Assembly: GCA_000708835.1 (NCBI GenBank)
Contig: DF237495.1
Location: 1 to 58,902, forward strand
Direction of reading: 5' to 3'
Origin: Klebsormidium nitens
Taxonomy: Eukaryota; Plantae; Klebsormidiophyceae
Length of the DNA: 58,902 nt
Each line of letters starts with the position of its first letter. Within the stretch, counting starts at the first letter, position 1. A program made the position numbers and the translations under genes. Positions 47,601-58,902 of the stretch are shown in pieces. The notes under the pieces are model-generated. The model had not been told where the DNA came from. It made no database searches and saw only the letters and a program-made list of their open reading frames with translations.

Positions 47601-50600
47601 TGATCGGGGGAGAGTTCGTGGAGATTGACCGGGAGGGGCAGCTTATGGTCTCAGTTGGCAGACCGGTCAGGGGAAGCGCGTGGCTGCAACCGGGGCCCCG
47701 GGGACTCGTCGCGGCGCTCGATCAGATGTGAGACGACTCCTCCTTTGCGTTTTTATTCATCCATTCTTCTTCGTGTTCATCAGAGTGAAGAAATCAGCTC
47801 TTAGAACGTCGCACAAGGATAAACCTATAGATGCTCACGCTTGCAGAACCCTTATGCCCCGGGTGCGTCACGAGAAGACGACGTAGACCGCACCTCTTTT
47901 TGGTGATTCCGCGTTCTGATACGCCACGGGAAGAACGTGTTACCATATTCTTGGAGTATGTCTTCTCATCGATCGTGCTCGGTAACTGTACTCGATTCCT
48001 AGCCAGTGTATTGCCTTTGACCTCTAAAGATGATAATCCTTAATCCCCGTCAAAAGAGTTTGCATAAAGAAGTGCCGCAGAAACGAAGGAGAAAGAAGCA
48101 TCGCATCAATGTAGAGACTTCCAATCTCCTTGCAGGTCAAAGGAAAACGCATTCACTCCTACAACCGGCCCCGTCTGCGGGCCGCGCGGCGCGGCCGCGG
48201 CCCTCGACGCGCTCCTCGCGCTCGCGCACAGCGTCATGGACGAGCGCGGCTTCAGCGTGGGCCTCGCTGACGTCACCTTCGCAGACGCCCTGAAAGCTGA
48301 CGTCAGGTGGGAGCTCTTTGAGGCCTTCCAGCGGGAGACGCGCGGCGCGGCCGCGAGGGCGATGGCGGTGCGGCCCAAGCAGGTTTTGGGGGCTTTTGGG
48401 AAGGGGCGGTCGCGGGAGGACGAGAATTGCGCGCCCGGACTGATGCTTGCGAGTCAGAGCAGCGCCAAAGCAGTGCAGACAATCTTCAAGGTAAAGTCTA
48501 CTTTTTGGGTTGGAAGGTGACGTTGCAGTTGCTTGGAAAGAAATCTAATTTCGTCAGCCGCTGACGCGGGAGATAATTAAGCTGAGTGACAGACCTTTGC
48601 GCACATCCGCTATGCTTTCCATACGAAGCACGGCTCTTACATTTCGTGCTTGCCCCGTGTGGAAGTATTGTGTAACACCCTCAGATAATGCCATTCTCTA
48701 ATTACCACCGTTCCCTGATTTCCTTACGCCTACACTATATGCTACTGCGAAGAACCCCAAAATCGGCTTCACGCATCAAAGAACCTGGTGATATCGACCT
48801 CTCCCATCCTACTAAAGCGCAACCTAAGCGTTCACCCGAATTCTCAGCTCCACTCGTCAGCTTTCACGACTCACAAATCACAGTGGGGAAACTACTGTTT
48901 TGTGACTCACAAATCAATGCTACCGGAACAACCTTCACTCACCGACCAATCACCGCTCCTCTGCCACGACTATTCCTTCAAGCTGGCCCATCTGCTTCTT
49001 GGTTCTACCTTTCAAATGCGTTCAGTCTTGACCTGGAAGTCGCCTTAAATGAATCCGCCTCTCAGAAAGTGTGCCGTCAGCAATACCTCAACTCCGCAGA
49101 TAAAACCTAAACAAAATCTCATGTCACTATCCAACCGCCGCTTTTTTGCCAGGACTATTCCTCAAGACTCGCCCGCCTTCTGCTCCCCGTTCTACCGCCG
49201 ACAAACGCGTTCAAGCGCATGCTGGACGCCGGATCGAAGGGGTCCCCCTCCGACCTGGTGCAGCTGTGCCTGGCGGTGGGCCTGCAGGGGCACCTGGGCT
49301 CGGGCGCATTCCCACTCGCGGTCAGACAGGAGCTGTACGGGGCCCACTTCTTTTCCGAAGACGAGTGAGAATGCGCTCACGACGGCTACTCTGATTCATT
49401 CTGGCTCCTGACTTCCAGAGTTTCTCCTTCCGGGTTACTATTGCCATCCGTGCTTTCGATGCTTTCGATGGCTGAAGTACAACTGTACCTGCGTTTGAGC
49501 TCTAGTTCACGTCTTCTTCTGGTAGATCTTCAGGTGACCCAGCGGAACTTACAGGCTGTCACGAGAGACCTGTCAACGTCGTTTGTCTTCTTGGATACCT
49601 AAGAAAGCGGTGGATCGACGCCCTTTCAATCGAATGCATCCGACGCTGGAATTGGAAAAGCCAAACCGAATCCGTTCAGTTAGGCAGATACTCGGCGGAC
49701 CATACAAACTCAGACGGCGCCAATCTCAAGGTCCAGCAGATGATGGCACTTCTCGTTCCTGCAATGCCACTGATTCGCCGTTTGATCCTCTTCCAGGTTC
49801 GGCTCGCGCCTCTCTGCTGACGACGCGGCCGCGCGCGACGCCAAAGCGCGCAACTGCTCCCTCGACCAGTATCGCGAGGCCGCGGAGCCGCGCGCGCGTC
49901 TGCAACTCCTGTACGCCCAAGCAAACTTAGGGCTCGTCCCCGTCGGCTTTGGCGGGGCCGTGCTCGCGCGAGCGCGCGAGCAAGAGCCCATGAGCGACGC
50001 GCTGCGCGCGTGCGGGTTTTGGTGCACCGCGCAGGCGGGCCGGGACAGGAACATCGCACACCACCTGCTGACCGCTCTTCCCCATGGAATTGTGAGTTCT
50101 GGGTTCCTCGCTTTTCTGATTGCGTTCTATAAGTGCCGAGCCTTACGATTCTTCATTGAATCTGACATGGCCGAAGTTGTGAACGTCGATTTATAGTACT
50201 TTTGTAAAGTGTGTCCCTTCATTTGCTTCTTCAACGCACCTTCAACGGTGCGCAGCTCTGAATATACCAATGCACCTCATGAGTGCTTGATAGTTTCTGC
50301 TGTCTTCTTCGGACAATTTATGAGCTACGGAACTTGAAAGTTCGCATCCCACATGGAAGCAGCATCGACTTCATCGAACACGTCAGTAGTGCTGTGGGTT
50401 CGGTCACCTCATTTGCTGCCCCGACCTGGAAACTTTATAATAGTCGCTTTCGAATCCTTACAAATCTGTTGGACCACGTAGATCCCACTGCATCGCTGTC
50501 TTTTTATTGAATTGCTCCAGATGGCCTCCGAAAAAGAAGCAGGTTTTGCGAGAATCCGGAATTTTAAGTTCCCCGTTTGTCTTTCGGTTTGAATTCAGCA

Positions 50601-53600
50601 TTCCGAGTCCTCTGCTATCCTCCTTATCAGGGCTCCGGTTTGAGAGCCCAAATGGCTGACGTCAAGCTGGCGTATGACGGCACGTGCCGCGACCTCTCGG
50701 GCACGATCCTCTACTTCAACAAAGAAGCGGAGGGGCCGAACGACGTCGACGCGACACGTGGCGCCCTGCAATTGGACCCAGAAGAGAGCGCGGGAAGCCT
50801 GGCGTCATACGCGCTCAGCGAGCCAATGTCGCAGCAGGCGTTGAAGTCGAAGCACCCGGGGCAATACGCCGGGGAAACACTGGACGCGCTCGAGGTGAGC
50901 TAAAGCTTTATCGCCGGGGAAACAGTGGACAAGTTCGAGATCTCCATAACCAAAACTCATAAATCCCGGCGGCGGGCTAAAGCCGGAAGCACTTGGATTT
51001 TGCCAAGGAAATAGGCTTACCAGATGGAGACTCTGTGAAGGCATCTCTTCGGATTCAAGGCCGATTTTAATCAACTGGAAGGATGTTCTGAACCCCGGAA
51101 GATTCTGAAGCTGAACGCTTCAGGTCATGATGACGTAGATCTTTCAATGGTATTATTCTTGTAGCACGGTAGCGTTTTGATGGAATCTTGACTGCTGTTT
51201 TGAGGTTGTGTTCAGTTGATTCTTCAGTCACCACGTGGCTTCAGCGCGCGCTCAAGGCTTTAAGGAACCCTCACCGCCGTCAAACAATCAAAGATGTGAG
51301 AGTATGATCCGACGAAGATCCCCGCTTACCGGCCTCGTGGTTGCCCAAACCTTGACAAAATTTACGGACGCCCAATGTGAAATTCAAACCCTTCAGCACC
51401 CATTCGCTGAAAGCGCGCCCTCCTTCTTTCTCAACAGCTGGCTCTGCAACTGAAGACACCGGGCTCCAAGTTCTGCCACGTCATCCTGCCGTTTGTACCC
51501 GAGGTGAAGACGGGAGAAGAAGGGGCAGCGACGCCAGAGATAACGTCAGCCCGTGAAATCACGTCCCGAGATCCCGCCACCAGGAAGTGTCACGCGCTCA
51601 TGGACAAGATCCGGCACGTGACGCTGAAAGACATCGCAGCGGCATGGGAGATCAGGTGAGCGGAATTACAGCAAATTCAGATGTTTCAATGAATCTCTTA
51701 AGCTGGAACTAGTGTGGAGACCACTATCTCTAGGATCTTTGAGAGGACCGTCTGAGGAAGCAGCGGTGGCGTGATCCATGCCTTTCTGAAAGAGGTCAGA
51801 TTTCGACGCCTTCATGCACGCACCGGTTGATTGAACCTAAAATGTAGTGATACATGGAGGCCTACTGAACGTTTGCTTGGTAAGTCAGGTCCCGTAGCAT
51901 GGTGTAAGTACCGAGCGAAGCGCGCTCTCAGTTACTCAAAACCAGTCAAATCTCGACTCGACGGAGAATCAGACACGTGTCACTGTTTGTTTCTTGCAGG
52001 TACGATCCCAAGACGGCGCAGCGTGCCTACGACCAGCGCTCCAACTTCATCCTTTCCATCGAGCTGACGAAGCAGGTAAGAAGACTAATCTATTTTCCCG
52101 CATTCGGCGTTGCTGGCTTAGCTCTCATATCTGCTCGAGCCGTCATCTTGTCAGTGGAGTTTACTATGACTAAACTTTCGCCAGATTATGTGACGGCAGA
52201 ACTTCGGTGCAACGAGTGCGCGGCTGGCGATCAACTCCCATCAAAAAGGATCATCTAGAGTACGTCCACTTCCCTGGAAAACGAGCCCAAAGTCATCCAT
52301 AACTTTGAGGCAGCGCAAACAAGCAAGTGAAAGCACATGAAAGCACCCTTCTCACGGCAAAGATGTTGTGCTAAATCACGCTTTGGAAACCCAGTCCCGC
52401 ATGTTACCTACTTTCGTGGTGCGTAATTCACTAAAGAATGAGCAACCCTTTTCACAGGCCATCTTCGACCACCATCTCTTCGACGCCGTGCGCACTCTGG
52501 ACCTGCCACGTGTCCTGGGCGACGCGCAGCCGGGCTTCCGCGCGCGCGTGTGGACTGAGGTCACGTGCCATAAACCCGAGGGCGGTGCCGAGTGCCCCGC
52601 GTGCGCGCAGATGGCGGCGGACCTGGCGGCCGAAGCGCGCCTGGCCGCGCGCGCAGAAAAGTGGGTTCATATTCGCATATAAGATTTCTATTCCCTGAAA
52701 GCTGACGCAGAGAGTATCGACTTCTCAATACATGCTGGAGTTTTGATCATTGCTAAAACAATGGTGGCCTTGTTGTCGTCCAAGCTACTCCTGCACTCTA
52801 AGAAAGTTGTTGTCGAAATCGACAAAGGCAATATTGCCCCTGAGCATCTGAGGATTGTAATCTAGGCCATCAGATTCAAGCGGGCTGTCAAACATCAGGA
52901 TGCCTTTCTGTTCTTTTTATAGCTTGCAGCGATGTTTAATGCTCTCAAAACATTAGAAACCAACCACGAAAGCTCTCAACATCTGCCCAACCGGGTCTGG
53001 ATGTCGAAAATGTCTCAAGATCTTGCCATTGGCTTCCCAACTTTTGTAGCCTACTTCCCTGATCTTGAGCCGTCCGATGCCTTCCTTTTCGTCGATCGAA
53101 CGGTTCACGATCAGGAACCATGAGGGGAGCTTTCGGACGCAACGGCAGGTTTGATGCAAAGAGCTGTAAGCTCCATCAAACTCAGCCTCTTTGCAGCTCC
53201 TCCGTTGACGGCAGCGGTTACGAAGAGGACCCGCCCTCCGTTTTCGACAGTACGGCTCGCAAGCTGCGGGGGATGAGCCGGCAGGCTCTGCGAGAATATG
53301 CGGCGGTACGAGGGACCCCTGAAGTCATCAGTGGTTCTTGCAGCAGCGCGTCTCTGATTACAAGGATCATCGATTGCTGCAAGTGAGCTTCTTCAGTCTG
53401 GTATGCTGTGCGTGCCTCTGTTTTTCCATCCCGTAGCGCGGCGCTTCTGACAGTGGTCTGATTGTTTCGTTTCCCGAAACAGAAAACTTTTGGTGATTGG
53501 TTGCGGGCAAAGTAAAGAGAAATCTAGAATGATTGTCACCAGATATTTTTGTTCAATTGACGTTCTTCATGTGAAGTTTCTTTCTGAACCAAGTGAATTC

Positions 53601-56600
53601 ACCAGCTTTGAATGCCACAGTCAATCAAGCACAGACGTGCAAGGCTCTTTAAGCTTCTCGACTTGCAAAAGCCCTGGCTGACCGATGGCGAGACGTCACA
53701 ACTTCGCCAATGAGACACAACATCAATTTCTCTCAAAAACCAGCTAATCTATGTTAGATGAAGTCAGATCCGTCTCTCGTCGCCAGCTTCAAGTACAGCG
53801 AAGATCCTTGACCTTTCTTCAAACCCCGATCAATTTTATTACGCCCACAAACGCCTCGAGATATTTGCTTCGACAGGATCCATTCGGAGGCGTTCTTCAT
53901 CGAAAACCATCAAGTGCACCTTTTAGCGGTGCTGGCAGACCACGAGATAGACCTGAGAGCCCCCAAGAAGTTTCCGGGGATCGCGGCGGGGGACGAGGCG
54001 GGCGTGCTGATGGGAGCGCAGAACGCGCGCATTCGCGAGGCGGAGGATTTCCTGCGGACCACGCTCAAAGGTGAGTGGAACAGCTTTAAATCGTTGTTCG
54101 ATCCAATCTGGTAAATGAGATGTTTTCAGATGGTGAGAACACAGGTAAGGCCCCTGCAGTAAGAGTAAGAATCCCTCTTTGTGGGTGTGTGTTAATTTTG
54201 GGATGGTCGGGAACCTCTGAATTTCGGTTGGGGTCGGTAGGAGAAACAGAGGTTGAGATACTATTTACATGGTTTTCAAGGATCGGTTAGGGCCAAACAG
54301 GGCTGACTAGCAAGGACTATTTTTTTTTCCCCACCTCTGGTACAGATGCAGCAGCTTAAGGGAGGTAGATTTAAAGACTCGAATGATAAAATAGACTAGA
54401 GTAGAAGCCTTGCTACTCCTCCTGATCCGCTCGGTACCATTCGGGAAGATCATCATGTCTCACCAAAAGCTCTCTCCTGAGGAAGACCATGTCAGAAGTC
54501 TCTGAGAATTCAAGGACGTCGGATCGAATGCATCAAATTCTGTGAATTTGCGAGGCAGTGTGTTGACTTAGTGGCACGAATCCACTTGCAACAAAGACGC
54601 GCTTCGTTCAGATCCGTTACACGGGCGATCTAAAAGATCCGACTCGTTTTTGTCCTTCACAATTTGCCAAGCTTACAAAGTCAGGTTTTGACTGCCACAT
54701 GGATTCTTGCCAACCTTTTCCGCCGTTTCCTCTTGCAGGTGATCCGATGGTTACGGACCTCAAGCCCACCTTCACCGAATACAACCTCCTCTTTCCCCGG
54801 CCCACTCCGGTAGAACCTTCCCCGGTCACTGCCTCCTCAGCCGAACCACCGCTCAGCACACCGGGGCGGTTAATCGGGGAGGTCACGCTGGAGGTGACGT
54901 TACGGCGCCCGACGGGCAAAGCGTTAAAAAGGTGGAAACCGGTGGCGCACGCGGCCGCGGCCGCGGGGGGTTTGGTCGACGCGGTTGACTGGAACCGGGC
55001 GGTCTTGAAGCACCCGGGGGATGTGGAGAAAGTATATGGGCTGGGAACGGCGGAAGCTATGGTCAAAAAGGTCGGGAATCTTTGGTCTTTAAATCTTTTT
55101 GTTATGTTTGTCTTCTACGGTTGTCTGAATACAGCTCTTCTTTCCAGAGTGCTGTAATGAGTCCGTTCAAAACTGCCACTCAGTCTCGATATGCACCAGA
55201 TGCTTCTACAAATACGTATGAGACTTACGCAGAGGACTGATAAAGGTTGACGACCGCAACGGTTTGAAATCGTATTCGAGCAGATTCGTTTCGAAAACGA
55301 ACATCCGCCAGACTTTCTCATTCAGCACCAAAATTTCAAACGAGGTTTCATCCTGCAAAATTTTCCACTCTAGTTTGATCAGCCCATCGAGTGCTGAATA
55401 ATCCACAGGACTATCCTATAAGCCTACGGTTCACAAATGAACCATAAAGATATGCCCAGCCTTCAGACGCGTGCGTAAGTTCATTAATCTCTGACCATTA
55501 CAGACGCCCTTCCCAGGACTTCGGTTGCAGCAAAAATAAAAACGACGATACACAAAAGATAGCAGCACCAAGACTCGTCGAGAATCTTATCCCAAACCTT
55601 TCCCAAGCTCGGCCGTCTCTTCATCATTTTCGCTTCGCTTCATTTGCTCCTCTTCTCCTTTGCAGACCGTGACGTCGCTTTACGCCGAGGCAAAGGCCCC
55701 CGTCTACGAGCAGCACATCAATCTGGTTGCGGCGTGTATGGCCAAATCTGGGAAGCTCCGTCCGTTCACGTCCGCCGCGCTGAACCAGTCGCTCGGCGCC
55801 GCGAGGCGGCGGACGGAAAAGCACCGCGCGGAAACCGCGCCCATGCGACGCGCGCACTACGGGGTGAGTGCTGACCTCCAGAGAGCAAACATAGACTTTC
55901 ATACGACGAAATTTGAGGGTCTAAACAAGGGGCACTTCGGTTCTGTGGAGCTTTCTATCCTGCTTGTATTTCGCTGGCGAGGTCTTGAGAACGCTTTCTT
56001 TGGCGAAGATGTGAAAACGCAATAGGAGATTTTGAATGCTGATAAGAATGAGCGTATGACGGGTCAGAGAATTCATTTGCGTTTACAGGGGTATTGCCTG
56101 ACAAGATCCTGCCCACTCCAAGCTTCACAGCCTTCTTGTAGGATTGGAAGCGATCCTCGGACTTCCATTTCTGATTGCAATGGTCTTCGAAACTGTCACG
56201 AGCATTGGCTTAGCCGTGACGTCGGGTCGTGGGACTCGTATTTGAGCGTCAGTCCTCATAAGCAGAGTCCGAAACGAACTTTCTCCTTCTGGACAACGAC
56301 AGCCGTCATACATACAGTCAGAGCTCAATCAGCCACTAAATCTGCCGTCACCTGCGTTTGCAGGGTGCCTTCTCGACTTTCCAGCAGGCCGCGCTCCGCG
56401 GCGGCACGGAAACGCTCGCGAGCGCGGTCAGCCTGAGCGCGTTCGGGCGGAACGTTCCGCTGGGCACCGGCGGAAAGTTCGACCTTTTGCTCGATTTGAC
56501 TCGATTCCCCCCGGCGACTGTGATTCCTGAGAGAACCTGGCTATGTGTAGAAATGCCGGATGCGTTTAGGGAAACGGAAGCAGCTAGGGCCTCCGGAGAG

Positions 56601-56630
56601 GAGAAGAGGTCGGAAATCAACGAAGTTTAG
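41681..56630 (+). CDS. NRPD1/NRPE1: Pol IV/V-like (NRPD1/NRPE1-type) DNA-directed RNA polymerase largest subunit, about 20 exons; contains a -1 frameshift at about 46190 (possible pseudogene or assembly error)
   Basis: Exons 41681-41752, 42515-42665, 43109-43227, 43738-43839, 44460-44639, 45231-45533, 46008-46712, 47208-47727, 48136-48490, 49153-49364, 49797-50091, 50631-50894, 51438-51655, 52000-52075, 52458-52660, 53197-53305, ~53930-54070 (acceptor and phase unresolved), 54739-55070, 55666-55863, 56364-56630. Motifs: FQILGPEEI; CPTC..CPGHFGH; LCFAC; ARPEWLLLTKLPIPPP; GKRVNH..VISPDP; INRYPSLH; GADFDGD; QDSLL; WTGPQL; AGSKG..LVQLCLAVGLQ; YDGTCR followed closely by AGSLASYALSEP (Pol IV/V-type deletion); KGDP; VDWNR..VYGL; GTGGKFDL. 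No YSPTSPS heptads. Confidence 0.85.
50868..50939 (+). repeat. Short tandem echo of the 3' end of polymerase exon 12 inside the following intron
   Basis: GCCGGGGAAACACTGGACGCGCTCGAG|GT (ending 50894) versus GCCGGGGAAACAGTGGACAAGTTCGAG (about 50913-50939). Confidence 0.75.
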
Positions 56631-57814
56631 GACTTCAGAGGAAAGAAGCATCGAAGATCGGTTTCCGAGACGATTAGAATCTAGGGGTCTATACCACTTG
56701 AAAGATTGTGTGCGGGAAGACTTTGACGCGATTCAGCCCAATTGCCGCGCCGGACCCAGCAAAAAGTCGCTGAAAGGGGACAATGCACTGGTACAGATCT
56801 TGTGCAGAGAACCATGCAGTGGGAGAGATTGGAGTGATTTTCGAAGGTGGTAGGCTTCTTTCTCCTTGCTCGATGACACGAAACCAATGTATCTCGGTCC
56901 ATAGTTTTCAAAAGTTAGCAACTTTTGAAGGACAAGAGTGGTCAGATTACGAGGCTCCTTGCCTGTGAGCCGCGTCCGTACAACAGCAAGCCTTCAGAAT
57001 TACTGGTTCCTCATCTGGAAAGAGAGCATGCAGTGGAGTAGTTTCAGCGCGAGAAGCGGTTAACTTCCGGCAGGGGATTCTTGTCGATAATCAGTGAGTG
57101 CTGCACTCCTGTTGCAATGACAACGAGCAGACGAGAACCTTGGAAGCGCTTGCTTGGTGAAGTATGCGGACCGGAGCTCTTGAACAATCATCCAAAAATA
57201 AAGCCGGGAGAATGAGTCTTATACATGTCCAAATATTAGTTCGTAACGACATTAGTTCCTAGTGGAAATCATATGGTTCTCAAGCGCGACGCTTGGAGGT
57301 GCTTCAACTGAATCTCCACGGACTCTCCAACGTGGTCACAGCCTTAATTATGTGTAATTGCTCTTGAAAAGCATCAATGCCGACATGATCGTACTGATCG
57401 ACAGGAGCCCATTTTAGGACCTGACAATTGCTTCACCATGCGCGGTCACATACAACATGAATGATCATGAAGCCTTGTCTCTAAAGGGGCTCGTATCCGG
57501 AGCCTGGGGATGGGTGGGGTTGCTTTGGTGATTAGGGTGGGTAATAATGGGATTGCATAAGATAGTTCTCAGAGAGTTGCCCAGGGCTTCTCGAATACAA
57601 ATCTCCTAGGAGACAAGGGAGTTTGCCACTACGATGGAAATTTGAGCTAGAGGGCCATCATTCAGAATCTGTCACCATGTGGCCCACGTGGGCAGGTAGC
57701 GTATCGGGGATCTGTAGGCTCGCTTCTGGATCAAGGCAATCAACCTCACTCTGACTCTTGCAGTCTCTTCGATTCGTCCTCGGCCAACGTTGGACTAGAT
57801 GAACTTCGGCATCG

Positions 57815-58296
57815 ATGACTCGGCTACGTATACGCATGTACGCAACTAACCATCTGTTCAACGGCATAAAACTCAACCACTCTCCTGCCGCCACGTGCCC
57901 CCCCTTTCCGCTTGGAAGGCTTTGCCTCCGCAACCTGGTCGCCCCAGGCTCGCCGGCTCCGGGAACCGCAAAAACGCTTCCGGAACTGAAAAAGCTCTGC
58001 ATGCAGTCACTGCGGTTCACGTATCAGTGGTTCACCACAGCGTTGCTGGGCGTGCCTCACCCGCTGCGTTCTTCACAGCGGTGTGTGTGTGCGGTAAGGA
58101 GTTGCCGGAGTGGATTGGGGCGGAGCATACGCTGTTCCCGAGGTGGAAAGCGCGCACGCTGACGCATGATGGCATCCGAGATGCGCGGTACTTCATCCTG
58201 CGACTCGGAGACTCGGGTGTTCAGCATCCGCCGGAAGGCGAGGGGCATCTTTCCGCTGAGAGACTGAGAGACGGAGGGGAGAGTGATGGATGCTGA
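57815..58296 (+). other. Exon-like GC-rich segment of unknown affiliation (may belong to a truncated neighbouring gene or to an unresolved polymerase 3' region)
   Basis: Two overlapping + ORFs (115 and 133 aa) with coding-like composition, and a good donor GCG|GTAAGG near 58093. No recognisable domain. Confidence 0.25.
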
Positions 58297-58902
58297 TGTT
58301 CTAGCATCGCCGGACTACGTTTGCACACTATATTCAAATGGACTGTGGTGGACGTAGACGGCCATGATGCAGGAGTGTTGCCCAGGCTTCGCGCGTGCGT
58401 TCTAAGGGATCGGACGTGTCCAAAGCCTACCCTTCATAGTAGAGAAGGAGATGTTGAACCAGCCACTCGTGCAGGCAGGCCGGCAGCAGATTTGCATGGT
58501 CATTATCAGACCTTTGAGTTAACTTAATTACACATTGTTGTCCTAAGCAAACGATAGCAGCATCGACTAAAGGTCCGCATACACTATGAGGTCGATCGGC
58601 TTCTCGGGCTCGTAATATTCAAGCAATGTCATACAATACAATCGCATTTTCTTGGAACCTTTGAGACCCCACTCAAAAGCGTGATTGCGGAAAGTCTTCA
58701 TGGGAAAGCACACGACTGTATGCTGCAAATCCCGGGCTTCACTCGGGCACTCGGGCATTATGTACCACCAAGACATGCATACACCAGAGACTTGGTTCTC
58801 TGTAATTCAGCATGGCCGATGTCTAGAGACGTTAATGTTGTTGAAAGAGCAACAGAGGAAGAAAATTGAGCTACACAAGCTTGAGCTCCTGCTGAGGCGT
58901 CG

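Noticed and set aside
41681-56630. Giant-virus (NCLDV) or other endogenised origin for the divergent RNA polymerase
   Set aside because: The gene has about 20 spliceosomal exons, host-like composition and several NRPD1/NRPE1-type signatures. No viral hallmark genes flank it.
58567-58776. Minus-strand 69-aa protein-like ORF at the window end
   Set aside because: Too short, at the window edge, and no motif recognised.

Overview
Eukaryotic nuclear DNA with GC-rich exons and GT-AG introns. The gene content (PSRP5, caleosin, plant-type MPP-alpha, RdDM genes) and intron style suggest a streptophyte (charophyte) green alga such as Klebsormidium; this is inferred, not verified. Eight spliced genes could be assembled by hand, with consistent exon phases except one unresolved junction in the polymerase gene: (1) a BRCT-domain protein (+, 1627-7644) containing a U12-type AT-AC intron; (2) an unrecognised 8-exon, probably plastid-targeted protein (-, 14688-9036); (3) mitochondrial processing peptidase alpha (+, 15091-22342); (4) plastid ribosomal protein PSRP5/cL37 (-); (5) DSS1/SEM1 (+); (6) a caleosin/peroxygenase with a transit-peptide-like extension and a GC-AG intron (-); (7) a CLSY/DRD1-type SNF2 remodeler with a GATA-type zinc finger (-, 39755-33245); (8) a Pol IV/V-like RNA polymerase largest subunit (+, 41681-56630, about 20 exons). 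The main result is that genes 7 and 8, which are functional partners in RNA-directed DNA methylation in land plants, sit head-to-head about 1.9 kb apart. The polymerase is a Pol II / Pol IV-V mosaic. It keeps the trigger-loop Q/L/H residues, has a GW/WG-containing insertion in the dock region, has no evident CTD, and carries a -1 frameshift at about 46190 (real lesion or assembly error). Degenerate tandem 'echo' copies of exon-intron junctions recur in three genes. No rRNA, tRNA or CRISPR was seen. All family assignments come from remembered motifs; no searches were run.
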